DNA of 64,000 nucleotides from Candidatus Sulfomarinibacteraceae bacterium (GTDB lineage: Bacteria; Acidobacteriota; Thermoanaerobaculia; Thermoanaerobaculales; Sulfomarinibacteraceae), in contig CAWCLO010000001.1 of NCBI GenBank assembly GCA_963796455.1, positions 608,001 to 672,000 on the forward strand, read 5' to 3'. Positions 17,625-27,322 of this stretch are shown here, in pieces. Position 1 is the stretch's first letter, and each line of letters opens with the position of its first letter. The notes under the pieces were generated by a model, which was given only the letters and a program-made list of their open reading frames with translations, ran no database searches and was not told where the DNA came from. A program made the position numbers and the translations under genes.

Positions 17625-19028
17625 ATGACTCGGCAGACGATTACCCTGATCTCAATGCTCACCCTGGTCGCAATGCCGGCGCTCGCGGCCGACTATTCCC
17701 ACAAGGAGTATTTCGAGCACTACGAGGGCACCAAGACATGTCTCGGGTGCCACCAGGACGAGGCGGAGACTTTTTTCCACTCGCAGCACTATCAGTGGAA
17801 GGGCGAAACCCCTGCGATCGTCAACGCTGAAGGAAAACCCCTCGGCAAATCGAACACCATCAACGACTTCTGCACCAACCCCATCCCGGCATGGATCGGC
17901 ATCACCAAGAACTCCCGTGGAGAACTCCTCTCACAGGGTTGTTCGAAGTGCCACGCCGGGCTGGGTAAGATGCCCAGTGCAGAAATGAGCCAGGAACAGC
18001 TCGAAAACATCGACTGTCTGATCTGTCACGCGTCGGGCTACAACCGGACACTGGTCGAGAACGACGACGGCAGCCTCGAGTGGAAGCCGATCCTATGGAA
18101 GAACCAGGAAGGCCTCGACTCGGTCTCCAAAAGAATTACCATGCCGAAAAGGACCAGCTGCCTTCGCTGCCACTCCGGATCGGGCGGCGGACCCAACTTC
18201 AAGCGTGGTGACATCGAATACGAATTGGCCGATACCGACCGCACCTTCGATGTCCACATGGGCTCGGACGGCGGCGACATGGCCTGCATGGACTGCCACG
18301 CCGGAACCAGCCACCGGATGCGGGGCCGCGGCGTCGATCTCATGGGTTCGGATTCTGCCGACCGGTTGAGTTGTGCAGACGGAGCCTGCCACGAGGCAGC
18401 TCCTCACCAAAAGGAACTGCTCAACCGCCATGCGGTCAAGGTGGATTGCACGGTGTGCCACATTCCGGTCTTTGCCAAAGCGGATGCCACCGACATGGCC
18501 CGCGACTGGTCGACTCCGGGATACAACGAGGCCAAAGACAAGCACGTGCCCACCATCACAATGGGCTCCAACGTCGAACCCGAAATCACGTGGTACAACG
18601 GAACGGTGTGGGCCCAGCTGCCCAAGGTGCCGGTAACCACCGACGCCGATGGCGTCATTCCGATGGTTGTGCCGCAAGGTTCACTTCAGGACCCCAAAGC
18701 CAAGCTGCACGTGTTCAAGGTTCACACCGGCAAAATGCCCGTGACGAAGGACACCCGCTGGCTCCTCCCCATCAACGTCGAAGAGTTCTTCGCCGACGGC
18801 AACATCGACGGCGCCGTTCGTGAGGCTTCACACGTGCTCTATGGCCTCGAAGACTTCGACTACGAGTGGATGCCGGTCAAACGCTACATGGGCATCTTCC
18901 ACGAGGTCCAGTCGGCGGAATACTCCCTGCGATGCCTCGATTGCCACGGATCCGAAGGGCGGCTCGATTGGGCCGGTCTGGGCTATGAAGGCGATCCTAT
19001 GGCCATGGTCCTGAGCCCTTCGCACTGA
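17625..19028 (+). CDS. Octaheme c-type cytochrome, tetrathionate reductase (Otr)-like
   Basis: 7 CxxCH plus one CX4CH (CADGACH); GKSNTINDFC motif resembles Otr; signal peptide. Confidence 0.8.
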   Translation: MTRQTITLISMLTLVAMPALAADYSHKEYFEHYEGTKTCLGCHQDEAETFFHSQHYQWKGETPAIVNAEGKPLGKSNTINDFCTNPIPAWIGITKNSRGELLSQGCSKCHAGLGKMPSAEMSQEQLENIDCLICHASGYNRTLVENDDGSLEWKPILWKNQEGLDSVSKRITMPKRTSCLRCHSGSGGGPNFKRGDIEYELADTDRTFDVHMGSDGGDMACMDCHAGTSHRMRGRGVDLMGSDSADRLSCADGACHEAAPHQKELLNRHAVKVDCTVCHIPVFAKADATDMARDWSTPGYNEAKDKHVPTITMGSNVEPEITWYNGTVWAQLPKVPVTTDADGVIPMVVPQGSLQDPKAKLHVFKVHTGKMPVTKDTRWLLPINVEEFFADGNIDGAVREASHVLYGLEDFDYEWMPVKRYMGIFHEVQSAEYSLRCLDCHGSEGRLDWAGLGYEGDPMAMVLSPSH

Positions 19029-19048
19029 CCTTTTTCGACGATTGAGAC

Positions 19049-19074
19049 AGCGGGCCTTCGGGCCCGCTTTTTTT
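19049..19074 (+). terminator. Intrinsic terminator
   Basis: GCGGGCC-TTCG-GGCCCGC followed by T7. Confidence 0.9.
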
Positions 19075-19112
19075 GTCACGACAGCGTAATCATATTGAGA
19101 CCCCTTCACTCC

Positions 19113-19275
19113 TTGTGAATCATTTCTCCACTCATTGAAATCGTAATCATTCCTAAATCGTTGACGAAAACAAAGATATAAAACATAGTTAACTGCTATC
19201 CATTGAATAATTGAACGTCTCTGCATATGACCAAAGTGACATAAGCTTGACAATCAATTTTGAGATTCATAGCTT
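19113..19275 (+). promoter_or_regulatory. AT-rich promoter region of the decaheme/porin operon
   Basis: TTGACG-17-CATAGT at 19161 and TTGACA-17-TAGCTT at 19247; weaker Rex-like TTGTGAATCATTTCTCCA at 19113. Confidence 0.5.
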
Positions 19276-19454
19276 AAGTAGGTGAGCACGAACTGTACCC
19301 CCGCGACGCTTCTCGTCCCATACGATTGAGCCCCTCTCAGTCGCCCCGGGCGGGCGGCACGAACTCCAAGAAAAACGGGCGGCCGCAGCCCGTTCTGTGT
19401 CGATTTTCAGACCCCGATGGGGTCTCAATTGTGTCGAAAAAAGGAGGAAGTGAA

Positions 19455-20342
19455 ATGAGAAGGAGCATCCTGCTGACCCTGGTCGGCGTGGTGTGCGCTC
19501 TGGCCCTTCCTGCGGCGGCTTCTGACGAATCGCCTTGTGCGGATTGTCACGACGAAGTCGCGGCGGAGATGGCCAATCAGATCCACATGCGCATCAAGGC
19601 TTTCGAGGTCTATGGTCGCCAGGTGGGTTGTGAGGGCTGCCACGGAGACGGGACCCAGCATATGGAAGAAGGGGATCCGGCCCTGATCCGGACCTTCAGC
19701 AACCCGGCGGATGATATCTCCGCGTGTCTCGATTGCCACTCGCTCAAGAATCAGGGCGAATGGGAAGCATCGACCCACGCGATGGAAAATATCACCTGCC
19801 TCGACTGTCACTCGATCCACGAGACGGTCAATCCGGTGAACTCGTGCAAAGATTGCCACCAGACGACCTATGCGCAGTTCCAGCTCCCCTCGCACCACCC
19901 GGTGCCTGAGGGCAAAATGGGGTGTGCGAGCTGCCACGATCCGCACGCGGCAACCGAGAATCAGCTCAACACCCACATGCGGCTCAATGACCTCTGCTAC
20001 ACCTGCCACCAGAACAAAGAGGGCCCGTTCATCTTCGAGCACGCCCCGGTGGTCGAGGACTGCAGCTTGTGTCATACACCGCACGGCGCAATCGCAAACA
20101 ACCTGTTGACCGCCAACGAGCCCACGCTCTGCCTGCAGTGCCACGAATTCCACTTCCATGCCGGGCTCCTCAGCCCCGAGGGTGAGTGGGAGGTTGGTGG
20201 TTCTGAGTTCGAGAACCCGGCCGGCGAACACAGCTTCAACCGCTCGTTCACCACCAAGTGCAGCCAGTGCCACTCCCAGGTCCACGGCAGCGACCTCCCG
20301 TCGCAGTCCACCGCGGGTGGCGGCCACGGCGGGGTTCGGTGA
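19455..20342 (+). CDS. Decaheme c-type cytochrome, MtrA/DmsE (GSU2203-like) family
   Basis: 10 CxxCH counted; PSHHPV.EGKM.C and KEGPFIFEHAPV motifs; signal peptide; GGAGG RBS. Confidence 0.92.
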   Translation: MRRSILLTLVGVVCALALPAAASDESPCADCHDEVAAEMANQIHMRIKAFEVYGRQVGCEGCHGDGTQHMEEGDPALIRTFSNPADDISACLDCHSLKNQGEWEASTHAMENITCLDCHSIHETVNPVNSCKDCHQTTYAQFQLPSHHPVPEGKMGCASCHDPHAATENQLNTHMRLNDLCYTCHQNKEGPFIFEHAPVVEDCSLCHTPHGAIANNLLTANEPTLCLQCHEFHFHAGLLSPEGEWEVGGSEFENPAGEHSFNRSFTTKCSQCHSQVHGSDLPSQSTAGGGHGGVR

Positions 20343-20353
20343 AGGGGGTAGAA

Positions 20354-22588
20354 ATGAAAAACACTATTCGAATCATCCTGATCCTGACCCTCGCTTTGGT
20401 TCCGTTCCAGGCATCTGCCCAAGACGGTGACGAAGCTACCGCAGCGGACAACGGCAACCCCGGACCGTGGATCTTCAGTTTCTACGGCACCGAGTACGTC
20501 GTCCCGGGTTTCTGGGCCGCCGAAGGTGATGTGGAGAGCAAGGCCGAACTCGGCCTCTACGGCGCTTCGTCCGACGACTCGCCGGACATGGCTGCAGAGT
20601 TCTACGACACCGAGTCGGGTCCGACCCTCAATGCGACGGTCGCGTCCCACCAGAAATGGGGCAGCCTCTATTTCCAGGGCGCCTACCAGAGCAACAGCAC
20701 CAATTCCGGTGAGCTCAACTTCGATATCGGGCGGGTCTTTCGCTCCGACAACGAGTACGGCAGGTTTCTCCACCGGCTTGGTCACGATCCGATGGAAAAC
20801 CTCGAGGCGACATCCTTCAACGGCAAGGTGGTCTGGCACACGGACCTCAGCCCGGACCAGGATTACAACCTCAACTACACGAACTTCGAAAGCCGCAACG
20901 AGATCCAGCTGCCTTCGATCAAGGCCCTGACCCTCGGCGTCGGCTTCCGCGAGCAGGCGCGTGACGGCCACCGCCAGGCCTTCACGGTCTCGCACTGCGA
21001 CAACTGCCACATGTACAGCCAGGCCCACGTGCTCAACGAGAAAACCTCGGACGTGACTCTGGACGCCAAGGTCGCCTGGAAGGGTGGATACGCCAAGGCT
21101 GCATTCGACAGCCGGAGCCTCCGCTACGGCAACAACAACTCGGTGTATGTGCAGTATGACGACGCACTCCATCCAGAGTTGCAGGTGCCCGTCTTCAACA
21201 ACCGGCTCCAGTTCGACTCCGAGGTCGGTGCGATTCCGGCCGACCTGTGGCCTGACAGCGACAAAAACCGGACCCGGCTCGACCTGGTCTTCAACGACCT
21301 GGGCGGTTTCACTCTGACCGCCAACGGTGTCTGGTCCGAGACCGAAAACCGGAATGCCAACCTCAAATCCAACTACTCCGGGTATATCGCGACCCTGGCC
21401 AAGGGTTGGAAGAGCGGCTGGCGCTTCCGCTGGCGGGGCCGCGCCTATTCGATCGACAACGACGACATCTTCATCGATGTCAACGACCGTCCATCGATCG
21501 CGGGGCCGCATGTCGGACAGACCTACGAAGACGTCTACGGTCTTAACTTCGACCATGTCCGCAAGTCGGCGCTGAATCGTGATGCCTTCGAATCCAAAGC
21601 CGACGCGAGCTATCGCTTCGGCAAAAAGGCCGGGACGCTCCGCTTCATGTGGAACTATGACACCGTCGATCGCAAGAACTACGAGGTCATGCCCGGTAAA
21701 TCCGAAACCACCACCAACATGATCGGCGCCAACTGGCGCAGCCGGCCTGCAAAGGGCTTCCAGTTCGAAGCCAACCTGAAGTATGCCGACGTCAAGGACG
21801 CCTTCACGCTGATCAACGGTGCGTGTTCGACCCTGGTTTCGAGCTCATACCCGAATCCCTGGAACCCCGAGACGCCCCAGTACACCCAGTTCCACGAGGC
21901 ACGGACCGCCGAGACCACAGCGTCGGCTTCGAGCTGGGGCCGCGCCGATCTGCGGCTCGGCTACACCACCGGCAACACCACCATCTTCGGTAAGTACATC
22001 TACTACGATGGCAACAACAGCGATGGTGATCTGACCGACTGGTCGCGGACCTCCAACACCGCTCTGGTGACCGTGTGGTCGGCGCCCACCGAGAAGATCA
22101 ACCTCTATGGAACCTATACCTGGATGGATTCGGATCTCGGAGTTCCGGTCTGCATAGCCGTTTTCGATGGTTGAGCAGGCACGATTATGGGAGGCCAGGA
22201 TGGCTTCTCTCGTGACATGCTCGACTACAACTCCGAAAGCAATACCTTCATGGCCGGTGTGAAATACAAGAACAGCAAAAAGTTGGAGCTCGGAATCGAC
22301 TTCACGTGGATGGAGGCCAAGGCCGCTCTTGCGCCCTTCGATCTGTCGGCCGACGACTATGTCGAGACCCATCCGCCGATGTCTTACGATTTCTCGCAGA
22401 GTCACACCTACTCAGACATCAACAGCACCCGTACCGATGTCGAACTGTGGGGCACCTTCCGGTTTGCCACCGACTGGTGGGTCCGGCTGAGGTATCACAT
22501 GGTCGACTACAAGGATGACGCACCGTACCTCTACGATACGTCCGGAAGCTACACCTTTGCCGCCGCGGCGCTCGGCGTGGTCTTCTGA
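20354..22588 (+). CDS. Outer-membrane beta-barrel with CxxCH and predicted selenocysteine (GSU2204-like), 744 aa
   Basis: The ORF ending in TGA at 22172-22174 continues in frame (AGTI) into 22187-22588, which supplies the terminal beta-strand ending in Phe. SHCDNCH motif; SECIS-like hairpin follows the UGA. Confidence 0.8.
22180..22214 (+). promoter_or_regulatory. Bacterial SECIS-like hairpin
   Basis: CACGA-ttat-GGGAGGCCA-gga-TGGCTTCTC-TCGTG; G-containing apical loop starts after 23 nt downstream of the UGA. Confidence 0.75.
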
Positions 22589-22606
22589 TAAGTCCTCGGT
22601 TATCTC

Positions 22607-22638
22607 AAAGGCCCCACCTTCGGGTGGGGCCTTTTTTT
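22607..22638 (+). terminator. Intrinsic terminator
   Basis: AAAGGCCCCACC-TTCG-GGTGGGGCC followed by T7. Confidence 0.92.
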
Positions 22639-23051
22639 GGCTTGGGGCTTGGGGCTTGGGCGAAAAGCTATGGGCTATGGGCTATGGGGTTTAAGCAACG
22701 AACTGCAGCCGTTAGCTTTCGTGCCTGTAGCCTATTTCGTGGAGCCGAGCCAAATGCAAAACGCCGGATCGTCAAGGAAAATGGGCGCCGTGTCACCGAC
22801 GGGGCACGGGCACGAGTTGGGATGCTCGGTGGCGACGCGAGACGGAGAAACCGCAGATCACGCAGATGAACGCAGATAACATCGAGCAGGGCTCCTGGTG
22901 GATCGGGGACTCTCGTCGCCACGTTCGCGGGATGTCGTGAGATGGAGTCTGCGAGCGCCGGAGGTGCGAAAGATTCATAGCCCGAGCCTCATGCCCCAAG
23001 CCCTTAGCTTCAGGCCTCAAGCCTCAGGCCTCAGGACTCAGGCCCCAAGTC
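22639..23051. repeat. Composite repeat with inverted heptamer arms
   Basis: (GGCTTGG)3 and (GCTATGG)3 on the left; CATAGCC/CAAGCCT/CAGGCCT units on the right; internal 34-bp CGCAGAT module at 22844-22877. Confidence 0.9.
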
Positions 23052-23130
23052 ATTGTGTCACCCGGACCCGGGGGCGCGTCGTACGGACTCGCAGGGCGCC
23101 AGCCGCACGCCCAGAAAGCTCGGTGTGAGC

Positions 23131-23145
23131 TGGCACGGGACTTGC
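23131..23145 (+). promoter_or_regulatory. Sigma54 (-24/-12) promoter
   Basis: TGGCACG-GGAC-TTGC matches the consensus, 47 bp upstream of the ATG at 23193. Confidence 0.75.
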
Positions 23146-23192
23146 CATACCAGGGCAAAGGGTGGAACCAATCACCCACATTGGAGGTCATC

Positions 23193-24089
23193 ATGGAAAC
23201 CAGGAAGATTTTTATCGTTACGGTCGCCATTCTCTCGGCGGTCATCATCTTCGCAGTCGCCCAACCGGGGACTGCGCAACAGCGCCGCGCCGGAGATCAG
23301 ATCGGAGCCGAATGTGAAGGCGGGCTCAACGCTCTTTTCGATGAAATCGAAATAGTGCCCCTCACGACAGCCGACGAAACCGACATCATCTTTTTACGCG
23401 AGGAAGAAAAGCTCGCCCGCGATGTCTATATCACGCTGGGTGAACGTTGGCAGTTGCCGATCTTCCGCAATATCGCGCGCTCGGAACAGAAGCACATGGA
23501 TCTGGTGTTTCGACTCATTGAGACCTACGAGATGACCGACCCGGTCACGGATGACACCGTTGGCATCTTTACCGACCCCGGTCTGACGCAGCTCTATGGT
23601 GAGCTGGTTGCAAAAGGTGAAACCTCGACCATCGATGCGCTCGAGGTCGGCGCGATCATCGAGGACCTGGATCTGGCGGATCTCTACGAATTGATCGAGG
23701 ACACCGACAACCGTCACGTCCTGCTGGTTGCCAACAATCTCGCCAAAGGTTCGCGCAATCATCTGCGCGCGTTCATGCGGGCGCTCACTGCCCAGGGCGG
23801 GACCTACACACCGCAATACCTCGACCAGGAGACCTTTGACGCGATCGTCACCTCCGACTTCGAGCGCGGCGTGACCTACGATGCCGACGGCAATGCCCTC
23901 GAGGCCTGTGGCGGCGGCTCCCAGGGTTGGGGCATGCGACGCGGCCGGAACGGCGGCCAGGGCAACGGCCAACGTGGCGGCGACGGGTCCGGAGAATGCG
24001 ACGGTACCGGACCGCAGGGCAACGGGAATAACGGCGGACAGAATGGTACAACAACGGCGGCAACGGCGGCAACGGCGGCAACTGAATAG
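23193..24089 (+). CDS. Secreted ferritin-like DUF2202 domain protein
   Basis: REEEKLARDVY, SEQKHM, IEDLDLADL and GSRNHLRAF motifs; Gly/Asn-rich tail. Confidence 0.88.
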   Translation: METRKIFIVTVAILSAVIIFAVAQPGTAQQRRAGDQIGAECEGGLNALFDEIEIVPLTTADETDIIFLREEEKLARDVYITLGERWQLPIFRNIARSEQKHMDLVFRLIETYEMTDPVTDDTVGIFTDPGLTQLYGELVAKGETSTIDALEVGAIIEDLDLADLYELIEDTDNRHVLLVANNLAKGSRNHLRAFMRALTAQGGTYTPQYLDQETFDAIVTSDFERGVTYDADGNALEACGGGSQGWGMRRGRNGGQGNGQRGGDGSGECDGTGPQGNGNNGGQNGTTTAATAATAATE

Positions 24090-24117
24090 ATCACGAGTCG
24101 AAATCAAGGAGCGAACA

Positions 24118-24573
24118 ATGGAAAATACAGCCGGGGCCATCTTGACAATCTTCAGCGCTGCGGCCCTCGTCCTGGCGACCACCGGTCTCGCCAGTGCCCA
24201 GGAAGCTGCACCGAATCCAGCCGGTGTCCAGACTCAAGCCAAGAAGGGTGACGGCAGCGGCTCGGTGCAGGGCGCTCAGAACCGAACCGGTACCGCTCCG
24301 AGACTCGGCCCCGCCGACGGTACCGGGCGCCAGGGGCTCGCACCACAGCACAGAACAGGCAACGGGTCCGCAGGCCGGATCGGCGCCGCTCAGGGCAAAG
24401 ATCAGGCAGCGCCAAATGGCATGGGCAATCGTGGACCCAACGAATCGGGCCAGAGAAACCTGACGAGAACCCGGTCGCGAAACCTCAACGGATCTGCACG
24501 AGGCACCTGCTCCGGGCCGGTTGGCCGGTCAGGGCGAGCTTCGGGCGGGTCTCGAGGCGGTGGCCGCCGATAG
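24118..24573 (+). CDS. Secreted low-complexity Gly/Arg-rich hypothetical protein
   Basis: AAGGAG RBS, signal peptide ending ASA, followed by a terminator. Confidence 0.6.
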   Translation: MENTAGAILTIFSAAALVLATTGLASAQEAAPNPAGVQTQAKKGDGSGSVQGAQNRTGTAPRLGPADGTGRQGLAPQHRTGNGSAGRIGAAQGKDQAAPNGMGNRGPNESGQRNLTRTRSRNLNGSARGTCSGPVGRSGRASGGSRGGGRR

Positions 24574-24591
24574 ATCCCTCCCCTCGTCAGT

Positions 24592-24618
24592 GCCCCGCCA
24601 CCCGGCGGGGCTTTTTTT
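24592..24618 (+). terminator. Intrinsic terminator
   Basis: GCCCCGCC-accc-GGCGGGGC followed by T7. Confidence 0.85.
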
Positions 24619-24619
24619 C

Positions 24620-24829
24620 GGCTTGGAGCTTGGGCTACAGGCTATAGGCTATAGGCTATACCTATACGCTATACGCTATACGCTATAAGGATACAGGTTC
24701 TAGGCACTGAGCTATCGGGCGCTGGTCGTTGCGTATAGCGTATAGCCTACTGCGTTTGGCGTTTGGCGTTTGGCGTATAGCTTATCGCTCACCGCCCAGG
24801 TGGGTGGACGGCCCTCAGGCCCCAAGCCT
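24620..24829. repeat. Nested inverted heptamer arrays
   Basis: GGCTTGG, (GGCTATA)n, (CGCTATA)n ... (GCGTATA/GCGTTTG)n, CCAAGCC. Confidence 0.9.
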
Positions 24830-26104
24830 CTATATCACCGTGCCATCCGGAATCACGCCATTCTTCTCCACCACCACGATGCCATCGCGAATCGCCCAAC
24901 CATCGCCATTGGCTTCGTTGACGCCATCGGTGTTCTGAATCGTGACATTGCGGCCGATGCGTGCGTTCTTGTCGATGATGGCATTGCTGATATCGCAGCC
25001 CTCGCCAATCCCTACCGGCGGCTCGCCGTACTCGGGCTCGGGATAGTAGTTGTCGACACCCATGATCAGAGTCCGACGGATTCTCGAACCACGAATCTGA
25101 CCGCGCAGACCGATAACCGATTCTTCGGCCTGGGTGCTTTCGACCCGCGATCCATCGCCCAACAAGACACGATCAAACTGGCAGCCGTGGAGGCGGGCGC
25201 CGGGAAGATATCTCGGCCGGGTGTAGATCGGCCAACTTCGGTCGTGGAAGGTGAAGGCTGGTTCTTTCTGGACCAGATCCATATGGGCGTCAAAAAAGGC
25301 GCGTATGGTCCCGATGTCGCGCCAGTATCCCTTGAAGAAGTGCGCCTGGACCTTGCTGCGGGAAATCTCAGCCGGGATGATGTCGCCACCGAAATCGACC
25401 AGATCATTGTCCAGTGCGGCGATCAGCGCTTTTTTGCGGAAGAGATACACGCCCATCGATGCGATGTAAGGCAGATCCGCCGCAACGCCGTTTGCCTCGA
25501 GCAGGGCGGGAGCGACCTCCATACCGGATCGCTGTTCGGGGGTGGCGGGTTTTTCGCGAAACTCGACGATTCGTCCCGAGTCATCGACCCTGGCCGCGCC
25601 AAATTCGGCGATCTCTGATTCTGAACACGGTTTGACGGCGATACTGATGTCGGCGCCCGCATCGAGGTGGTCATCGAGCAGTTGCCGATAGTCCATGCGA
25701 TACATATGGTCGCCGGAGAGGATGAGCACGTGATCGCCCTGGATCTGTTGGATGGTCTGCAGGTTCTGCCGGACCGCATCCGCGGTGCCCTGAAACCAGG
25801 TCTGAACGGTCGGAGTCTGCTGGGCAGCGAGGATCTGGACATAACCGGTCGAAAAGGCATCAAAACGGTAGGTACGTCCGATGTGGCGGTGCAGCGAAAC
25901 CGAGTTGAACTGGGTCAGAACGTACATCCGCTCCATGCCCGAGTTGATCGCATTCGAAATCGGAATGTCGATCAACCGGTATTTGCCGGCCACCGGCACC
26001 GCCGGTTTCGATCGACGCTGAGTCAGCGGGGCCAATCGTGATCCGCGCCCTCCGCCGAGGATGAGAACGGTGACATCGCGGTTTTTTTCTTCGACTGCGC
26101 TCAT
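24830..26104 (-). CDS. glgC: Glucose-1-phosphate adenylyltransferase
   Basis: LGGGRGSRL.PLT..RSKPAVP, FQGTADAVRQ, LSGDHMYRMDY and YWRDIGT motifs. Confidence 0.95.
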   Translation of the reverse strand: MSAVEEKNRDVTVLILGGGRGSRLAPLTQRRSKPAVPVAGKYRLIDIPISNAINSGMERMYVLTQFNSVSLHRHIGRTYRFDAFSTGYVQILAAQQTPTVQTWFQGTADAVRQNLQTIQQIQGDHVLILSGDHMYRMDYRQLLDDHLDAGADISIAVKPCSESEIAEFGAARVDDSGRIVEFREKPATPEQRSGMEVAPALLEANGVAADLPYIASMGVYLFRKKALIAALDNDLVDFGGDIIPAEISRSKVQAHFFKGYWRDIGTIRAFFDAHMDLVQKEPAFTFHDRSWPIYTRPRYLPGARLHGCQFDRVLLGDGSRVESTQAEESVIGLRGQIRGSRIRRTLIMGVDNYYPEPEYGEPPVGIGEGCDISNAIIDKNARIGRNVTIQNTDGVNEANGDGWAIRDGIVVVEKNGVIPDGTVI

Positions 26105-26170
26105 TTGTTTCTCCCGCTGTCTGTCTTCCGGTTAGTTTAGCCCGGATTGCCGTACTCGAGAAATACCTTC

Positions 26171-27322
26171 TCAAAACCCCGGATTATCGACACCACGTGA
26201 TCCGTAGCCCCAACCCAGAACCGCAACAATCAGCAGGACAAGTCCTCCATTACCCCAGAGCCGCGGCTTTTCGGAAGAGGTTTTGAGGTCCAGGAATTGG
26301 GTCATGAGTTGCTCTCTCGATGCGAGCGACCGCATGACACGCCGGCGCAGACGCGGGGATCCTTCGACCAACAACAGGAGATGGGCCATCGCCCTCGGCA
26401 GACGACCGGCCTTGCGGTGATTGGCGGCATAGAGAGAGAGATCTCCGGCCTGAATTGCCTCGACCACCGCGCTGGCGTGATGAAAGGCAAGTGACAGGCC
26501 CTCACCGGTGATCGGGTCGATGGAGCCGCCGGCGTCTCCAACCAGCGCGAGACGACCCTGAACCGGCCGCCGGCACCGTTGTTCCAGCGGGCCGGCGCCG
26601 CGGTCGCGCGATCTGGACGGTGCCCCGGCGAGGCGATCGGCAAGAGCGGGAAAACGCAGCAACAAATCGTCAAACCGGGACGTTTGACCGCTCCAGAGCA
26701 TGGCTACTCCGATTTCGGAGTCACTCACAGGGGTTACGTAGGCTTCGCAGCCGTCGCTCCAGTAGACCTCCACCAGGTCCGTCCACGGCGTGATCCCAAA
26801 GTGCCGCCGAACCGAGAAGCGGCGATGTCGAGTCGGGCGACCTTCGAGCCCCGCCCATCGACGAACCCTCGATTTTCTCCCGTCCGCGGCCACCAACCAT
26901 CTGGCTCGAACTCTCCCCTGATCCGTTTCGAATCCGTCCTCCCCCAACCCGCTGACGCGGACGCCCCATCGGAGGTCGGCTCCCAGATCGACCGCGCGCC
27001 GATACAGCGCTTCGTGCAGAACCGGACGTCTGATGCCATAACCACAGCTGCCGCGGAACCGACCCTCGGCGGTACCCGAGTCATCGATATAGCGGACACC
27101 ACGAAACGGGTGCGATGCCATCGAATCGAGGTCCACTCCACTTTGTTTCAGATGTTCGATCCCGTCCGGCATCACGCCCTCACCACACGGGCGGTCGATC
27201 GGCGCTCGAGCGGCCTCCAGGACCACGACCTCAAGGCCGGCCCGCCGGGCCTGGATCGCGGTCATCAGCCCGGCCGGCCCACCGCCGGCGATCACGAGAT
27301 CGGGCCGTTCAGCTCCGCCCAC
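26171..27322 (-). CDS. FAD-dependent oxidoreductase/monooxygenase
   Basis: GGGPAG, CGEG, AADG and GDA...DPITGEG motifs. Confidence 0.88.
   Translation of the reverse strand: MGGAERPDLVIAGGGPAGLMTAIQARRAGLEVVVLEAARAPIDRPCGEGVMPDGIEHLKQSGVDLDSMASHPFRGVRYIDDSGTAEGRFRGSCGYGIRRPVLHEALYRRAVDLGADLRWGVRVSGLGEDGFETDQGRVRARWLVAADGRKSRVRRWAGLEGRPTRHRRFSVRRHFGITPWTDLVEVYWSDGCEAYVTPVSDSEIGVAMLWSGQTSRFDDLLLRFPALADRLAGAPSRSRDRGAGPLEQRCRRPVQGRLALVGDAGGSIDPITGEGLSLAFHHASAVVEAIQAGDLSLYAANHRKAGRLPRAMAHLLLLVEGSPRLRRRVMRSLASREQLMTQFLDLKTSSEKPRLWGNGGLVLLIVAVLGWGYGSRGVDNPGF

Noticed and set aside
22187..22588. Separate 133-aa gene
   Set aside because: No RBS or signal peptide; in frame with the upstream barrel across a UGA with a SECIS-like hairpin.
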